Part shown: in pieces, positions 27,001 to 40,700 of the stretch
How positions within the stretch are numbered: the first letter of the stretch is position 1
How the letters are laid out: every line of letters begins with the position of its first letter
Source: Monocercomonoides exilis PA203
Lineage: Eukaryota > Protista > Preaxostyla
DNA length: 64,000 nucleotides
Assembly (NCBI GenBank): GCA_001643675.2
Contig: LSRY02000007.1
Span: forward strand, 1,302,001 to 1,366,000
Reading direction: 5' to 3'
Position numbers and translations under genes: made by a program
The notes under the pieces: generated by a model
The model's input: only the letters and a program-made list of their open reading frames with translations
The model's database searches: none
Told to the model about the DNA's origin: nothing

Positions 27001-30000
27001 CCAGCCGACTTCAACAAACGCTCACAGCAATGTGTCTCTGGTGAGAACACGCCCGTCAAAGGCAAGGCAGCTTTCAGAGTCTTCCAAGCATGCCATGCAT
27101 ATGCATCAACTGCGCAGCACAAGCACCCTCAGCAAAATCTATTCATGTCTTGTGAGCATCTTCCTCTGCGTAAGAGAACTGAATCAATCATATTCTCGTT
27201 CAGATATGTCACGTGCCTGGTTCATCTTTCGTGTAGTGAGGATAAGCACTCACATGCACGTGCGTTTTGTGCATAAGTTCTCAGACTTGTATTCAAGTCG
27301 CGTCGAGTCGCTCAAGAAACAGAAGGCGCTGGCAACTGCTGTGGTCAAAAAACTGTCTTTGATAAATGTGACGCTTATGTCTCGCAGGGCATTTGTTTCA
27401 GCAATGGTTGGAGTGTTTTATAAACATGACATTTTGAGAAGGAAGATACAGCCTCTTGTGGAAGATGTGAAATTAAGGCTAGCAAAGATATGCATTTTGA
27501 TGAGGACAGTAAAGCAGCTGACGGAGCAATTGCACGAATTGACTGTTCTATCTGAGAAAGAGCGAAAGGAGTCTGAGGATTTATATTCGAGAGCTCTTCT
27601 TTTGCGGCAGCAGAATGCCGAACGTGAAGAACTGTGCAGGCACAAAAAGATTGTCTCAGCGAATGACCTGCTTTGGGCGAAGCGGCTGATGAACCCTCCT
27701 CGCCTTATCAGGTTGGTATTTGATATGATTTTGATTGTGATGAAGAAAAAAGTGAATCCAGTTGAACTGAGGCCATATCAAGTGAGGAGATGCTTGTCAC
27801 CACAAGTGCAGACATTTGATGAGAAATTTAAAAAGCCATCTCCGCTTTCTCTTTCAGCAACAGTCAACGGAATTCCAACTGTGAAAGAGAAGTCGCCAGT
27901 GAACTTGTCACGAATGCTGTCTCCTTCAGCATCTTCTTCATCTCCACGCCATCAGACAACTTTGTCCTCTTCACTTCGAGGGAGCACTCTGAGCTCAGCT
28001 GCTCAAAAGAAAATTGTCTCATCACCTCGAACTCAAAGCCCATTGACTCAGAAGAATCTGTCAAAAACGATCGGAGATCCGTTGCAGTTGTCTCTAAGCA
28101 ATACACCTGCATCAAGAAATACATTTGCATCCACTAAATTAAGAACACAGCTTTCCTCTGACACTCAATTAGCATTGTCTTCTTCAAAGGCCATTAGCAG
28201 AAATCAGACTTCGTTGGGTCTTGTTGATTCTTTCGAAAATGCGAGGGCTGTTCTTTCGCTGCCAACACTTGCGACCGACGTGAAAGTTCTGTCAGGAAAT
28301 TACATTACAGACGAAGAGATTGAGCTTTTAATGCCTTATTTTGAGATGCCGGTCATCAACCGAAAGGACATCAACTTGAACTGTGAGAAGCTTTTGCCTG
28401 TTTTTGACTCAATCGCATCGTTCAAGTGGCTCAAAGATCATCCACAGGAAGAGATACCACCAACGGAATCATTCTGCTTCAGGAAGTCTAAGTTGAAGGA
28501 GATAATCTCCCAACTCGAAGAAAACATGACCGAGATCGAAAACGAGCGCGTGTTTATGACTGACTCGGTGAACAAGCTCATTGTGCTCCTCAACATGAAT
28601 GTCACAACACCAACTGAAGTCGAATGTGCAGTGAGCGACTCTTCATCTGATCACATTAGCACCGAAAGATCAGACAACTCATCTATTTCCTCATTTAGCG
28701 CTTCCACATCATCAGGTTCTGCCAATTTAGCTGCTCCTCTTTCAGCAAACACTTCTTCGTATACAAACGATTCATCTTCATACGAACACCAAACATCAAG
28801 CTGTTTGGATGACATTGATGACGACCACGAAGCCTCCACTGGCTCATCGTTGTCAACCTGGCATTCATCTTCACCATCATCTTCTTCTTCGTTCATGCCT
28901 TCTTCTGCCTCTGCTGCTTCTTCGCCATCACAAGTTGCACCTTCTTCCGTCTCCTCTCTGTCAACATCGTTGTCTCAATCATCAGCCTCTTCCTCTTCAC
29001 AAAATATGGCCAATGCACTTCACACAACAAATCTCGATGCTTTCAATCAAAAATCAGTACATCAGCCAGCTCGTCGTGTCTCCGTTGCATTGTCGCAGTA
29101 TCATCAAGGAGGCTTTGCTTTTGAGTCGCTTGTGATGTGGCAGCTGGAACTTGCACGCATCGAGAGATGTGTCGAGTGTGCGCTTGGCGACTCAATTTTA
29201 GCGGCTGCTTTTGCTGTGTTTCATGCAGCCATCTCGCCTGATGAGTGGCACAGAGCAGTTCTTCTCTGGCGAAGGTTGCTGAATGTGGCGGGCATTTCAT
29301 ATTCTGTCGATCCCAGAGAGGATAAAACCGACCACGAAGATTATCCAGGCATTTATATAAAGTCTCAGCACGTTGCTAACAGCTCCAAAGATGATCCACT
29401 GGGCACAGATCATCTGAAAGAACACGGAAGGGCTGCATGCTCATCCGAGCAAGCACAAGGAAATGCCAATAATACTCAGAAATACGTGGCACCAGATGCA
29501 GGAGTGGAGAATCCAATTTACGAGAACGGATTGATCACTTACTGCAAAGAAGGCAGCTCCGAAGTCGGGCTGATGTACAACCCTGACCAGATCATGCGGC
29601 TTGCCCAGCCGATTTCTCCTTTGATGTTCCCGATATTCACCACACTTGGCGGTCTGCAAATCCTTCCGTCCAATTTGGCTTTCGGACTGTCACCAGACGA
29701 GCAGTCGCTGATGTGCTCAACAATATGGCACAACTGCGAGCCGTCTGTGCCAATCATCTTCTATGACCCATTCCACATCGCACAGATGCATGTGATGAGG
29801 AAAGAGCGCGAACGCACACCGATTATCGTCACTCATATTACTCATTCGCTATTCTTCTTACATGCCATCCGTGCTGCTGTATGCGGGTTCCCATTGATTG
29901 TCGAGTATGTGTCTGTTAGAAAAGAGATGAAGCCTGAAAGAACTTATGATATTATGCAGTTTTTGGATACGCTCGCAACATGCTCGTCGTTCTCGCCCGT

Positions 30001-33000
30001 CCAGTCAATGCTGTTTTGTGGACAGGAATTGAAAATTAAGCCAGGATTTCGATTGTATGTGTTTGTGAACGAGATATTTGCGTTGCTGCCTTATGACGAG
30101 CCATTCCTGGCGCTTTCATCTTCGCAAATGTACAAGTTGAGCATTATTATTAACTGGTCGCCTATTCTTCTTAACACACAGTTCCACTTCCAGATGCTTC
30201 ATGCAGTGGCAGCACCAATGATTATGCCTGATGTCTATGAGCATCAGCTTCAACAAGTATCAATTGTCAAGCGAAATATTGATGAAAGCGAGTTAATTAC
30301 AAAAGAATGGTTGGACTTTGTATTACAGTTGCGCTCTCAAGTGGCAAACCAGTTTTTCACAGTTGGAACAGAATTCTTCAATAAGATTCAATCTGATGAC
30401 GCTGCGGTCAAAGAAGCACTTCAGCAATACGAAGAAGACAAAGAAATAATGCTTTCTCTTTCACCTCTCATCTGCTTGATAAGAGACACTTTCTCTGTAA
30501 CTGTTGCATTCAACACACCGATCATCTTTTCAACTCTGCAAGTATCGTCTCAATACGATCAGATGAGTGTGCCTATCGACAACCATCACAGCCCATCAAT
30601 TGTGGAGTTCTTTTCTCTGATGATGCATTCGCTCAGATATGCTCTTCAGCTGATGGAGAAGCAGAAGATTGCGCAGACTGTTGCTGGAATCAGTGTGTCT
30701 TCATCGTTTGCGGATGGAAGTGGAATGAGCGATGAAAGTGAATGTGATGAAAGCGATGATAGCGCAAGTATATTGGCTGATGAGTGGAGCGATGAAGAGG
30801 AGTGGAAGATTGAAATAGACACAAAACTATCAGAAAAGAAAACGAGATCAAAGGAGATGTCATCTGCAAACACTGCTGAACTTCCACAGAATTCAGAGCA
30901 AGCAAATGAACAATGCATATGGAAGACTGATATCTTTGGAGTGCCTGAAGAGAATAATGAATATATATCATCTCCTCTGCAGCTCATTCATTATCGATTA
31001 AAGCCCTTCTCTTACATGATCTCGGTAGCTTCGCAGAATTTATTAAATATTCGTTCATCTTCTGCTCAAAACAACCAACGTTCACCAATCTCAGAACAGC
31101 AGCAAACAGGCAGTACAAATCAAGGCAAAACGTTGCAACCAACTGATAGCAGCAACTGTGAAAGAACAGTGTCTCCGAATATCTACACGAGACAGTCGCC
31201 GTTTTCTGGGCGAAAGCATACACCTCCGTTGTCAAGGACTGGGTCATTCTCGCCATCTGTGATATCAAACAGCTCTCAGAGTGGATCAAAGTATTTTGTG
31301 TCTCCGCATCAAATAGAAGCTATTATGGAGACTGTTGCAAGCGTCTTTCTCGATCGGATAATTCATTCTTTAGATTTTTCTCCAGATGATGAGCTGTGTA
31401 ATTCTCCAGATCAGAACGGACGTGTTGTGTTTTTGTTTTTGCTATCGATGTGTCTTAATCAGAGAGCTCAGCTAATGCAGCTGGAGCAGAAGGGATTGCT
31501 GCAACAAGTCGGAATCTTTTCTGTTCCACAAACTCAGCAAGCAAATAAGCAAGTTCATTCAGATGCTGCAAATCAATCAGAAACACAAAAATTGTATGAA
31601 AGTAAAGTGAGATGGTTTGATGTGCCGTCTTGGATCGATGTTATTCGCAAGCCCAACTTGGACACAATGTATGACAGGAAACTTGGACTGATTATATCCT
31701 CACTTCATCACGATTACAAGTTATGTGTGGATGTTCTTCTGAACTGTTATGATTCTTCTTCTGTTGCAGCCAGCGATTCATCTCCACTTTCATTTGCATT
31801 GTCAAAGTCATCAACTTCTGCTATTGATGCGCCTGCAAACGTTGAATTCAGTTCAGAATTGAATTTTGGCAAAATGAGCTCATATGGGAAGAGTCGTACA
31901 AGCAACTTCCCTCCTCCTCAACTTTCTCTCGCAAAGCCGCAATTGTCGGCTCCTCCATCCAGAAAATCGCTTTCTCCTTCGCTTTCTTCAAAGCCATTGA
32001 GTCAGCGACGTTCGCTTGGATCTTTGTCTCCTCTTCCTCCAACTTCACCAAATATAACTTCACAAGCCCCACCATCCCCTGCTTCACTGGGGAATGTGTC
32101 TTTGGTTCAATCAAAGCAACCAGCACAGAAGAATTCGTTGCAGGATTTGGTCTCTATCATAAATTCAATGCCAAATACGAATGCTCCTGTTGCATTGGTT
32201 GATGCTTCGTCTTCATCAAAAGTGAATGCAAGACAGCTAATGCCTTCGCTTACTTCGTCGGCTTCTTTGTCTTCGCTGGAGAATCCTCGTATTTCAAACA
32301 GAGAAAAGAATATTCAAGGATCTTCCACAGTTCAGGATAGTGAGCAAGATGTGTTCAGTCTTATTCCTCCAACACTTAGAGATTCTCTTAAGCGGTCGCT
32401 TATGTTGTTTTCTTTCATTGAAAAATACGATAGACAGAGAATTGTTGATGATTGGGGCTCCTTTACAGACTCGATAAACGCTCGCAACCTGACACCTGAC
32501 TGGCAGCTTCAATTGACACCAAGCAGTTTGCTTAGCAACACGACAAAGGCAACAAGCTGCGTGAAGCTGATCATGGACTCTTTGATGACACACACCGCTG
32601 AATGGATAAAATGGGGATCTTCTTCGTGTGTGGAGCTGCTGTCGCTTCCAGACAACTTGGATGCCAAGATCTCACCATTGACTCGACTAGTCATCCTCCA
32701 CAATTTGGCTCCACAGCGCACCGCATTTACGATTATGTACTATGCCTTGTCTACCCTGGGCATGTTCCTTCCGTCGTGCATGCCTGTCGAGCAGCAAGTC
32801 ATCAGGCAGGTTAAATCGTCTCCTCCAAACTTCCCCATCTGCCTCAATTCTCTTCGGGGTGTGTATCAGAGCGACATGTACCTTCGCAGCATCAAGCAGA
32901 CCCTTCGAGCAACAGAGAAAAGCGAATACCCTTCACTGTTGATTCATCATCTTGGTTATATTCCTTCGTATCTTCCATGCTTGATTGTGGAGAAATTTGC

Positions 33001-36000
33001 TCATTTGGGTATCAGCTTTTCAGTCATATTTAACGGGCAGGTGATAATCCCTGAGCAGAGCTTGCGTTCGGTGCCTCAGCAAATTACCACTAATGCTGAT
33101 GTTTCACTGGAGAATTATCTAGTTCAGCAGATATTTGACGATCGCCAGTCAAAATATTGGGGACTTGCTGTGATTCCGAAGTCCTTGGCATCATACTTTG
33201 CAGACGTTTTTGACTCAAACTACTATAAGCGCACTCACTCACTGTCATCTTTGTTTGCGTTTGCTCCTTTGAGATGTGGTCATGATTCTGGCCCACATAT
33301 TTCATCGACAAATGAGGTTTCGTCATTCAATCACCTGCCCAACGATCTATCTCATCCACATTCGCGTAATGCCTCCACATCTATCAGAAATGAGATTAAT
33401 CTTTCTGGTTCGATTCAGTCTCACTCATCTACTGAGCATTCAAACTCCAGTTCTTATCACTCAGATAACTATCCAGTGACGAATATGAACTTTTCTGGTA
33501 TAGATGAAGCTCTGCTGTATCAAGCACATTCACAACCAGCCTCTAAAATGGCTCATTCCGCTTTTTATATTCCTCAAAACATTGATCAGGACAGCGTCAA
33601 CAGATGGACAATCTTCGTGTATCAGACGAACGATTCAGTCACATCTCAGCAATTGCATGAATTGAACCCATCGTCTCAAATGGATGGGTCAACTTCTCCA
33701 ATGATTAGTTACATGCTCAACTCTTCTTTGATATCTCACAGGGGAAATGACTATCTAATTGGCTCTTCCAATTCTCCAGCTGCTGCTTCAATTGGCAGTT
33801 CTTCGGTGGGCTCAACAGTACCTTATTACAGAGTGACATCTCTTGCTGATGAGCAGAACCAGCTGATTCGATCGATGAACATGAGGAGTGCTTCTCCCTC
33901 TCCACCTCCTCCATCTCCTCCCAGTCATTCTCAAACATATATTCATAACCCTTCTGTTTCTCCAAATGCCAATCCTTCATTGTCAACAGGGATGGGGAAA
34001 TCATATGCAGCTGGGAGAGGAGCATCAGCAGGAGCATCAACTGCTGGATCGTTTCCTCTTCGCTCTCCTTCGCTCACCAAAATTGGTGCTGAGCAGCCGT
34101 TTGCGGATGCTCGGCCTTCACTTACAAGACAGTCATCGAGGCAGGCAGAGTATGCTTCTCAAAATGCTCCTCAAAAATCCCTGATGTGTGATGCCTTTTA
34201 TCCAATCTTGCCGAACAACCCACCGTCACTTACTCATTTTCTGATTGAATGTGATTGGTTGAAGCGTTATAATCATTCAAACTCTATTTTATCCACGTTT
34301 TTGAATGTGAAAAGCAGTGACATCGAATTTAACCCGTTTTCGTTCCTGTCTCGTGTTGTCTCTTGGATTCCAGCTGAGCTTGAAATTGTGGACAGCTCGT
34401 TTGTACACTGGAGCGCATTGCTCTTCAGTCTTTGCTATTCCTTTGCAATCCTCCACCTCCGCTCCCGTTTTCTGGTGCTTTTCAACTCAACAAAAATGGG
34501 TCCATTTCCAAGACGAAACAGCAACACAAACACGACTGTTCCATGGAGCATATCTCCAAATGTCTATTCGCAGTCCACATTCATTTCATTGCTCCGATGT
34601 GTTGCTGGCTCAATTAACTTCCTCATATATTACTATCGAGAAAATCACAACCAGCAAAAGCAGCACAGTCGCTCAGACTCAGGGAGAATTCGAATCAATG
34701 AAAATAATGAGACTGAGGCATCACGATTTACACTTGATAACGTTGAGCTTATGACAAGAGAGTTATCCAAACTGCGAACAGATTTACTGTTCACGCTAAC
34801 TCCGCTGATTTCATTTAACGAAAGAGAGATGCTGTTTGTCTACAGAGTGCTTTGCATTTATATCACGCCAGCCATATTTCTACCATCATTTGATTATTGC
34901 CATCCTCCGCTCCCAGACTCTTTGTCTATTTTCTTGGGGGATTCAACTAACTGTGTCTTGAACCACATAACATCTATGAAATCCACAACGTTCTTCTTCC
35001 CAAAGCATCTTCGTGGAATAAGATTCGACAGAGAAAAGATTATAAGTTATGTGTATCAATCTGGAGCCATTGAGCTTGACCCATCAATTCTTGGCCTATC
35101 GCCTTCGGTCATTGATACAGCCAGTTGTGAGCTGTCGCAAAGGATTCTGAGTGAAATGAGCCATCGTCTGAAACGAATTCAGGCGCCTCATCAGGAAAGG
35201 AAAGTGATCATCTTCCAGCAGTCGTCTGAAGAACGAGGCAGCCCCAGCTTGCCGGCTGAGTCTGTCCGCATTTCTGAATCAGAGCTGCTGGGTTTTCCAT
35301 CAATTTACTCGCAACAATTTGAGAGAAAAGAGTTGATTCAAAACTCGCTTGAAAAGGCTATTCGTATCTGTGAGGCATTGCCTGAGCCAATCTCGCTGTT
35401 TAAGAGATTCCATTTCTTCGAGAAAGTGTTCACAAAAGCGGAGCATCCTGTGATAGATATGGTGATTGCAGAGGAATTGGAGTATTTCGACGAATCGATT
35501 GAAGCAATAACAACTCATTTCACTGTGTATTCTCAGATTCTGTTGAAGGATCTTCGAAACGCTTCGGGCGCTTTCAATCAAGTAATTAGCTTGCTTCAGT
35601 CGTTTTCTCCCAACAGCGTTCCGTATTATCTGCACTCTATTCTTCCGATTCCTGCCCATGTCACCATGACTGTGTCTGATTTGACGTCGTGGTTGACGCT
35701 CCGCAGAGATTTCCTTCAGGATTGGGTCACAAACGAACAAAATCAAGTGGGCATCATCCCGCTTTCTCTCTTTATCTCTCCTGTCTCATTCATTTCTTCC
35801 TTTGCCACTGAAGGGCATCTTCTGACGAGGAAGCTTGCTCGTCACATGAGCTCATTGTTTTTTGAAGACGCTTTCATCGGACTCACCCTTGAGCCTGTTG
35901 ATCCACATACTTTTTCTGTTCCACGAAGACATTTTTCATTAATTGATGAAACAGGAGGTGTTTCTATTTTGGTGAGTGGCATATCAATGGCTGGCTTTGC

Positions 36001-37081
36001 GTGGGACTTTGTGAATAGAAAGATTATAAAATCAAACTGCGTTGGCTCTTTACCAAGCACCGCTACTCAGTTTCCCATTGTCAGATTGTCTGTTATTTAT
36101 CCGCGTTATATGGAGAACCACAAAGTCGTTCGTGCATTTGGACTTTCTTCTCCATCTGCGTTACAAACATCATCAAGCACAATAAGCAGGTCTGCTTCAT
36201 CCTCTGTTTCAGCTGCTTATTCACCTCTGCAGCAGCAAGTAGTTTCTTCCAATTTGACTTATTCAGTGCAAAATAATGCACGTGTTGCTTCATCTTCCTT
36301 GAATCCATCGTCATTTGTCAGTGAAGTACCTTCAACTTTTAAAGCCTCTTCGATACAGTACCCTGCTTCACAGTGCTTTATTGACGAGCCAAATATTCTT
36401 CCTATCACAACAAAGTACCCACCGTTTAATATACTCCACACGCGCTTTGTTCAGCTGCTCGCACACAATGGAGCCACTTATGCCAAATCGAAGTCAAAGA
36501 TTGTGCAGCAGCGCATGCACTCAAACTTACCTGAAAAGAATCGCTCTGCAGACAAGGCAAATGCGAGCAAGATGCAGACAAGTGGAACAAGTAGTTATGT
36601 ATTTACAAAGCCTTCTGCTTGCTCTGCATCGCAAAACTCGACAATATCGTCCTTTGACTGCTCACACATTAATCCCTATGCAGATGCACCGTTTGTTTCC
36701 TCTGACACTGCTCTTTCAGGAATAATTGTTCCATTTCAGTCACTTACAAAAAATGAATTATCTGATTATTCATCATCATCATCATCATCATCATCTTCTT
36801 CTTCTTCTTCTTCTACGTTGCCTGCTTCAGCATTATCATCTTCAAGAGGATATTCTCCTCTTCGTAATGTTCCGCATCGAGCACCTACGAAGAATTCTGA
36901 TAAAGAATGTCCTGCTCCGTTTCTTTATCAATCATCCATTTTCTCTTCATCAGCGAAAGACACTGCAGAGGTCACAGTTGTGGTGCTGCATGATGATTTT
37001 GCTAATTGGGAAAGATTGGGCTGCTATTTATTTTTTGATTTTGATAGAAACTCGTTGGAAACAAGTTGCATTCTCAAATAG
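6245..37081 (+). CDS. Dynein heavy chain-like protein, main exon (rest of tail, linker, AAA1-6, stalk/MTBD, C-terminal domain); highly diverged and expanded
   Basis: Stop-free ORF of more than 10,000 codons with dynein heavy chain motifs in canonical order. DHC_N1: VNISVQQNAFLAEFLKLIKFGF (7337), GFNWS (7610). DHC_N2: RKRHWEKL (11738), EAKIEEEVIRIEKMW, AQRMWLILRDLF..LKPEARLF, FPRLFLL (13040). AAA1: YAYLG (16403), GSGVWG, ELPDHFRKCFRPV..PD (17021). AAA2: GPCMSGKS (18557), WSDG. Stalk: NPPRLIRLVFDMILI (27692), LGDSILAAAF. AAA5: YDP, FRLYV. AAA6/C-terminus: LLFSLCYSFAILHLRSRF, GISMAGFAWD, WERLGCYLF (37007). Confidence 0.9.
10040..10117 (+). other. C2H2 zinc-finger-like motif in the dynein-like tail
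   Basis: YRCPICGSYFVSVVTLFNHINVNGPH matches Y-x-C-x2-C-x3-F-x5-L-x2-H. The second His lies at x6, slightly longer than the usual x3-5. Confidence 0.6.
12029..12153 (+). repeat. Compound microsatellite (TCGTCA)n/(TCA)n/(TCT)n encoding poly-Ser inside the DHC_N2 region
   Basis: Read directly from the sequence. Confidence 0.9.
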
Positions 37082-37754
37082 GTAGCTTAAAAATGGAAAT
37101 TTGTTTCTTTACAAAAATGATTCTCTCTTTTTACAATTCTTATTTACAAGTGTTCATTTCATATTCTTCATATCTTTTGTATGTATTATTCGATTAGTGA
37201 TGTTTATCATTGGTCTTTTAATATGTATGTTTTTATTTGTCTACAGAAACTTTATTGATTTTATGTAGTCTTTTTACAAGATATGTTTGGATATTTCAAG
37301 GGAATAGAAAGCCAAAATCATTAGATGGCTTTCCAAGCTTTATGTTGAATCATTTATTTATTGAGACAATTCTTAATTTTTATCTTTTTTTTTTAATTGT
37401 TTTTATGAATAAGATTTTTAAGCCTTCAGCTGCAATTTTCAGTTTCAAATGTTGTTTGTATCGTTTTATTTGTTTGATATTACTTTATCGCACGGTTTAA
37501 TTTTTTGTTTGTTTATTTGTTTGTTTCATTTTTCTTTTGAAATTTTGTGTTCTTTATAATCTTTTTTTTTACAACTTTTTTCATACAATAAATTTTTTCT
37601 TGTAGTTTTTCAACTGCCTTATTTATTAAACATTCATTTCAATTGTTTAGGTTTTTATAAAATACTATTTGAGTTTATATATTTTTAAAAATTCTTATCA
37701 TTTTAGAATTTTTATTTGAACATAAAATTATTCATTGATCCTTCCCAATTTTGC

Positions 37755-40700
37755 ATGAAAATATTACAAAAACTTAAAAGCATATTTTTGACGATTATTA
37801 GAGGATTTATTTCCTTGTTTGCAAATGAAGTTTTTTCTAATTTTACAGGAGGTCTAAGATATTATTTTGAACTTCCAGTTGGAGTGAACATTCTGCTTGT
37901 TATCGTATGGTTATTATTATTTGGGACTTCTGCAATAATTTTTGAATACGGCAAAAACAGTACTGCAACACTTTTTTATCCATCAATTGTTTTCCTTTAT
38001 TCATTTTTGGTTTTGGTTCTTCTTCCGTCACTTCGAAGCATCCTGCAGATATTTCACAACAGATATTCAACAGCTATTCCATCGACAGAAAATGATGGTC
38101 ATATTAAAGAAGCATTTAGAAGTCAAGAAATTTTCATTGACAAAGAAAAAAAAAGTCCATCTCTCGCTTCAACTCATCAAGATTCATTTCAGGCAGATGA
38201 TATGGAACCTCTTCTATCGTCGAATATTCAGGAATATCCAAAGCGATCCTTTATAAGACGTTCAGTTTCATTTTCGCATGATCAAAAGGACAAATTTGAT
38301 ACGGTACTTGGAGCAGTTGCAGAAGATTTTGAACTTGATTCACAGATTTCAATATCCGCACTTTCTGCCCCAACTGTAATTGAGTTCCATGATCAATTGA
38401 GAGATTCATATTCTACAGAAAAGATATCTTCTTATCATGCTGTAACCCAAGATATTTCTTCAATGGATTTTGTTGCTCACGGTCAAGTGCAGCATGATAT
38501 TGGTGAAAGAAACGATGAGCAAACTTCACATAAGCTAATTGACTTGAATGATAAGACTTCTGAACCCATTGTTCCTTTGGTACGCCTGGATTCAGATACG
38601 GAAAATCATTCCAAGCGTCTTACAGATGTTCAATTACCAGATAGCAATTCTGTTTTATCAAATAATAACCAAACGGTTTCAGCAAACGAGAGCCATCACA
38701 GAGAAACTAACAAAAATTCTAGTGGGATTGTTGAACAACTTGCTCAAATGATTCAATCTCTTCCAATTGAGCAAACATTGAGTGGAACGTCATTTTTGCG
38801 ATTGGGATTTTTGCTTCTTTTTTCTATTGCTGTTGTTGTGTATGCAACAACTCTTTTTGATGTTAATTTTCCTGATGCTTACATCGACAATCCAGTTAAC
38901 CGTATATTTTTTTGGATATCAATTACAGCTGCTGTTTTTTCTGTTTTGCATCCAATCATGCGTCCAACGAATTTTCATAATGCAAATCTATTTCGATTAT
39001 CATTCCCCTCTTTTTCGTGGTGGGTATTAAATCCAACCGAACGGAAAAAGAGGATGAACCACCAAACGTCTCATAATACAACGTTGCAGGCTTCTTCTCC
39101 AAGTGCCCCTCAAACCTTGGATTCTGGAGAGGGAGATGCAGCATCATCCTCATCATCTACAGGAACATTCATCGAAGAGCGTTCTCCTGCTCTTCCATCG
39201 CAGACTCTCACAGTTCCACTTGATGAACCTACAAATGAGCAATCACGCTTTAAATTAATTCCCTTATCGCATTCTGTGTTTTCTGTTGATAGAGCAGCAG
39301 TCTGTCTAACGTGGATGATAGTTTCTGCTGCTCTTGCAGCTGTCAGCAGATTGAATCTTTCTCAAACTATGTATAAAGGATATGGGATCGAAGTGTCTGC
39401 AAAGAGGATTGTTCTGCTATTTTCTCGGGCGCTTCATATCATGGTCTGCTATTCGTGCGTTCTGTTTTGCTTTGGTTGGGTACCCACATTTTCTGAAGTG
39501 CTGTGGTGGATGTGCGAACAACTGTCGCACATTTTATTTCATTCAGGCTGGAATAGCACTTTCATCGCAGCACTGTATGAATTTACAAAATCTGCTGTGT
39601 TTTGGATGCTTCTTTATGTGTTTGCTATCGGTTGGATGAATCTTCTTGAATGGAGATTTTCAATGGTCGAAGGAATCATGGTCAGTTTCAGCTACATGTC
39701 ATCGCGCTTCCCGTCAAATGTGAATTTTTTCAGAGAGATTTTCGGAAAGGGGAGGCTGATAATAGAACCTCCAAAGCAATTGCCACCGTTTATTACACAG
39801 GAAACTATAAACGAGGCAATAACAGAAGCACTTCAGGAATATGAGGATGATGAATCTGAGCTTGATGATGATTCAGAAACTGAGGCAGAATTTGCAGAAA
39901 ACAATGCAATTGAAGCAAGTTCAAAAAGAGAGCAAGGAATAAAAGAAGAACGTGAAGATAACTTCAACAATTCATCCAATTTGTTTAGTAGCAGCGATAT
40001 ACTTTTGAATAAACGAATGGAAAACATATTTGCTGAAGGAGAAGATCAAAAAGTTAAAAGAGATGGGGAGCCTGTTCAAAGAAAAGGAGTTAGAATGCAA
40101 CAATCAACATCAAAAGAACATCTAACGAAAAAGAATTGTGCGATTATGAGCAGACACAGTAACAGGAAAGATGCTGCAATATTAAAAGAACAAAATATAA
40201 TCAATGACAATTCAAAAGAAGCGAAAACAAAGGATGAAGATAATATAAGTGCAAACAGCTTTCAGCATGATGAAATGACTGTTCATTATTCCGAGGAAGT
40301 TTATATACCTGCTCCGTTTCGTTCGATTTCAGTTAAACCTTGGAGAAGTGAAGAGATCGGAGCAAAGCCACAATTATCTTCTGCCGTTGCTCAGTCGCGA
40401 ATTCGATCCAGAACAATTGCAGACTTTTTTATTTTTTTCATATTGGTTGTTGTTTTCTCTCTGCTGGCAGCAATTGGGCTTATAAATTGGGTGGAAAAGC
40501 ATTTTGATGCATGCAGGCACTTTCTGATTGTTGTGTCATTTCTCACCCATGGCGTAATTCCATGGATGATGCACACTCCGCTCCTTCCTTCATTTTGGTA
40601 CAAACAAAAAACTACGTCATCGACTCAGTTGCCTGAAGAGTCTTCAATATCGCTTGACATTCCTTCGGCTGAAAGTAATTCTGCTTATTTATCAAATCGG

